From contig NC_092352.1 in NCBI RefSeq assembly GCF_963676685.1, positions 56,110,001-56,174,000 of the forward strand: a DNA stretch of 64,000 bases, in the 5' to 3' direction. Source of the stretch: Mytilus edulis. Its lineage: Eukaryota. Made by a program: the position numbers and the translations under genes. Below the pieces are notes generated by a model. The model made no database searches. It was given only the letters and a program-made list of their open reading frames with translations, and was not told where the DNA came from. This document shows, in pieces, positions 62,766 to 64,000 of the stretch (position 1 is the first letter of the stretch; every line of letters begins with the position of its first letter).

Positions 62766-63692
62766 CAGGGTTTCCGCTGGCGGTCGCCATTTTCGCAATT
62801 TGGGAAAAATAATAATTGTGGCGATTAAAATTCATCATTGGCGAAAGAATTTGGCGAAAGAAATACATTTAACGATTTATTTTCAGCCATCTTGTTTATT
62901 TACATATTTTCGGGTTTCTTGGATTTTCTCGGATCAGACAATATACTCGGAATTCACTTTGAACTCGTTTAGATTTTGACAGATAATCAATAATCAGCTG
63001 ATTGCATTTTGTGATATCGACAACAAAGGACTAATTAATAAAGGTGTTGATTGTATTGTTTATCAAAATGATATGGTTAAATGGCGTCCGACACATGTCA
63101 CAAAATGATCATTTATTAACTACTTTGCGACGCACGTGTTCGAAGCAAACTTTTGACGTCTCTCCTTCTTTTAATGGTAGTCCAGAAACGAAAACGGTTT
63201 TTATGACAAAAAAATCGCCCGATTTAAAACTTTATCCTTTGACTTTGATATAGATAATTGATTTTAAGGAGTACTTTAAAGTCGTTTGTGTGACACGACA
63301 TGTTTCAAGCATGTTTCTACGTCTCAACTTTTTCATTTACGATGGTCTAGACTAAAAGAAAACTGTCGTTATGAAGATATCTTTGCAAAAGGTTAGGAAC
63401 AACCCCTCGAAAGGGAGTAACCCTTCAATGTATACCTACACCTTAAATGAGGGATCAATTCCAAGTGATAAATAGTAAATGTTAAGTGTTTATTCATTAC
63501 AACGTAGACTCTAAGATAATTTGAGAGAATAATCATAGACAACGATGAGGCAAACTCATCTTATTTAGGGGGAGGGAAGAATACACGAAAAATATATAAT
63601 GTTACTAGGCGAAAAAATTCAAAAGTGGTGGAAAAAATATTGTTTTGGCGAAAGAAGTGGCGAAAGAACTAATTGACCCAGGGGAAACCCTG
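62766..63692 (+). mobile_element. Non-autonomous hAT element (927 bp)
   Basis: TIRs CAGGGTTTCC...GGAAACCCTG with a perfect 8-bp TSD ACTGGTAG; subterminal TGGCGAAA motifs; splits a dispersed repeat (~62498-62765 / 63693-63820) that also occurs reversed at ~33000-33228. Confidence 0.92.
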
Positions 63693-64000
63693 ACTGGTAG
63701 TGTTAATTATAACATTAAAATGACAACATTACACGACACGGCTACAATAAACAAATAGGAGAAAATATAGGACAGAGAAACAAACGAATAATAGCCATCA
63801 AAGGGTAACAGGTTTATAAATAAAGACAAATGTAGGGTAAAAGCAAATTGAACAGATATTCAAACAACACAAACAATAACCTATAGATCAACAAACAGTT
63901 TTAACCAATGATACAGGCCTATCTATCGGAAGGCAGAAGTTCGTTGGCCTATAAAGCAGACGGCAGAGTGTTTTAAAAATCCATTTGAATTGTCTTAAAA

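Overview
AT-rich eukaryotic genomic DNA. The repeat families and a C1q-domain gene point to a bivalve mollusc, most likely Mytilus (inference). The window is mostly nested transposable elements around two host genes on the minus strand. The first is a 6-exon gene reconstructed by hand (48519->28005) for a 218-aa secreted, Cys-rich, Thr-rich protein with a 16-kb first intron. The second is the last exon of a C1q-domain gene (62259->61841). Left to right: a decayed Academ-like DNA transposon region (PHD-containing transposase, PIF1 fragment, SGNH ORF); a pol-less BEL/Pao LTR element; a MITE; Penelope and Gypsy remnants; hAT and CACTA MITEs; a full-length L1/Tx1 LINE (14-bp TSD) carrying two nested insertions; a ~1.9-kb tandem array with an internal inversion and a retrozyme; and a piggyBac remnant. 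The best candidate for a new system is a 2.3-kb Penelope-like insertion (40991-43302, minus strand). Its RT ORF stops with no endonuclease and is followed 5 nt later by a complete type I hammerhead ribozyme with a ~126-nt loop II and a predicted pseudoknot. Its two ends can be joined into a hairpin, so it may be an autonomous, RT-encoding, possibly circular-RNA 'retrozyme'. All calls come from reading the sequence by eye; no searches were run.
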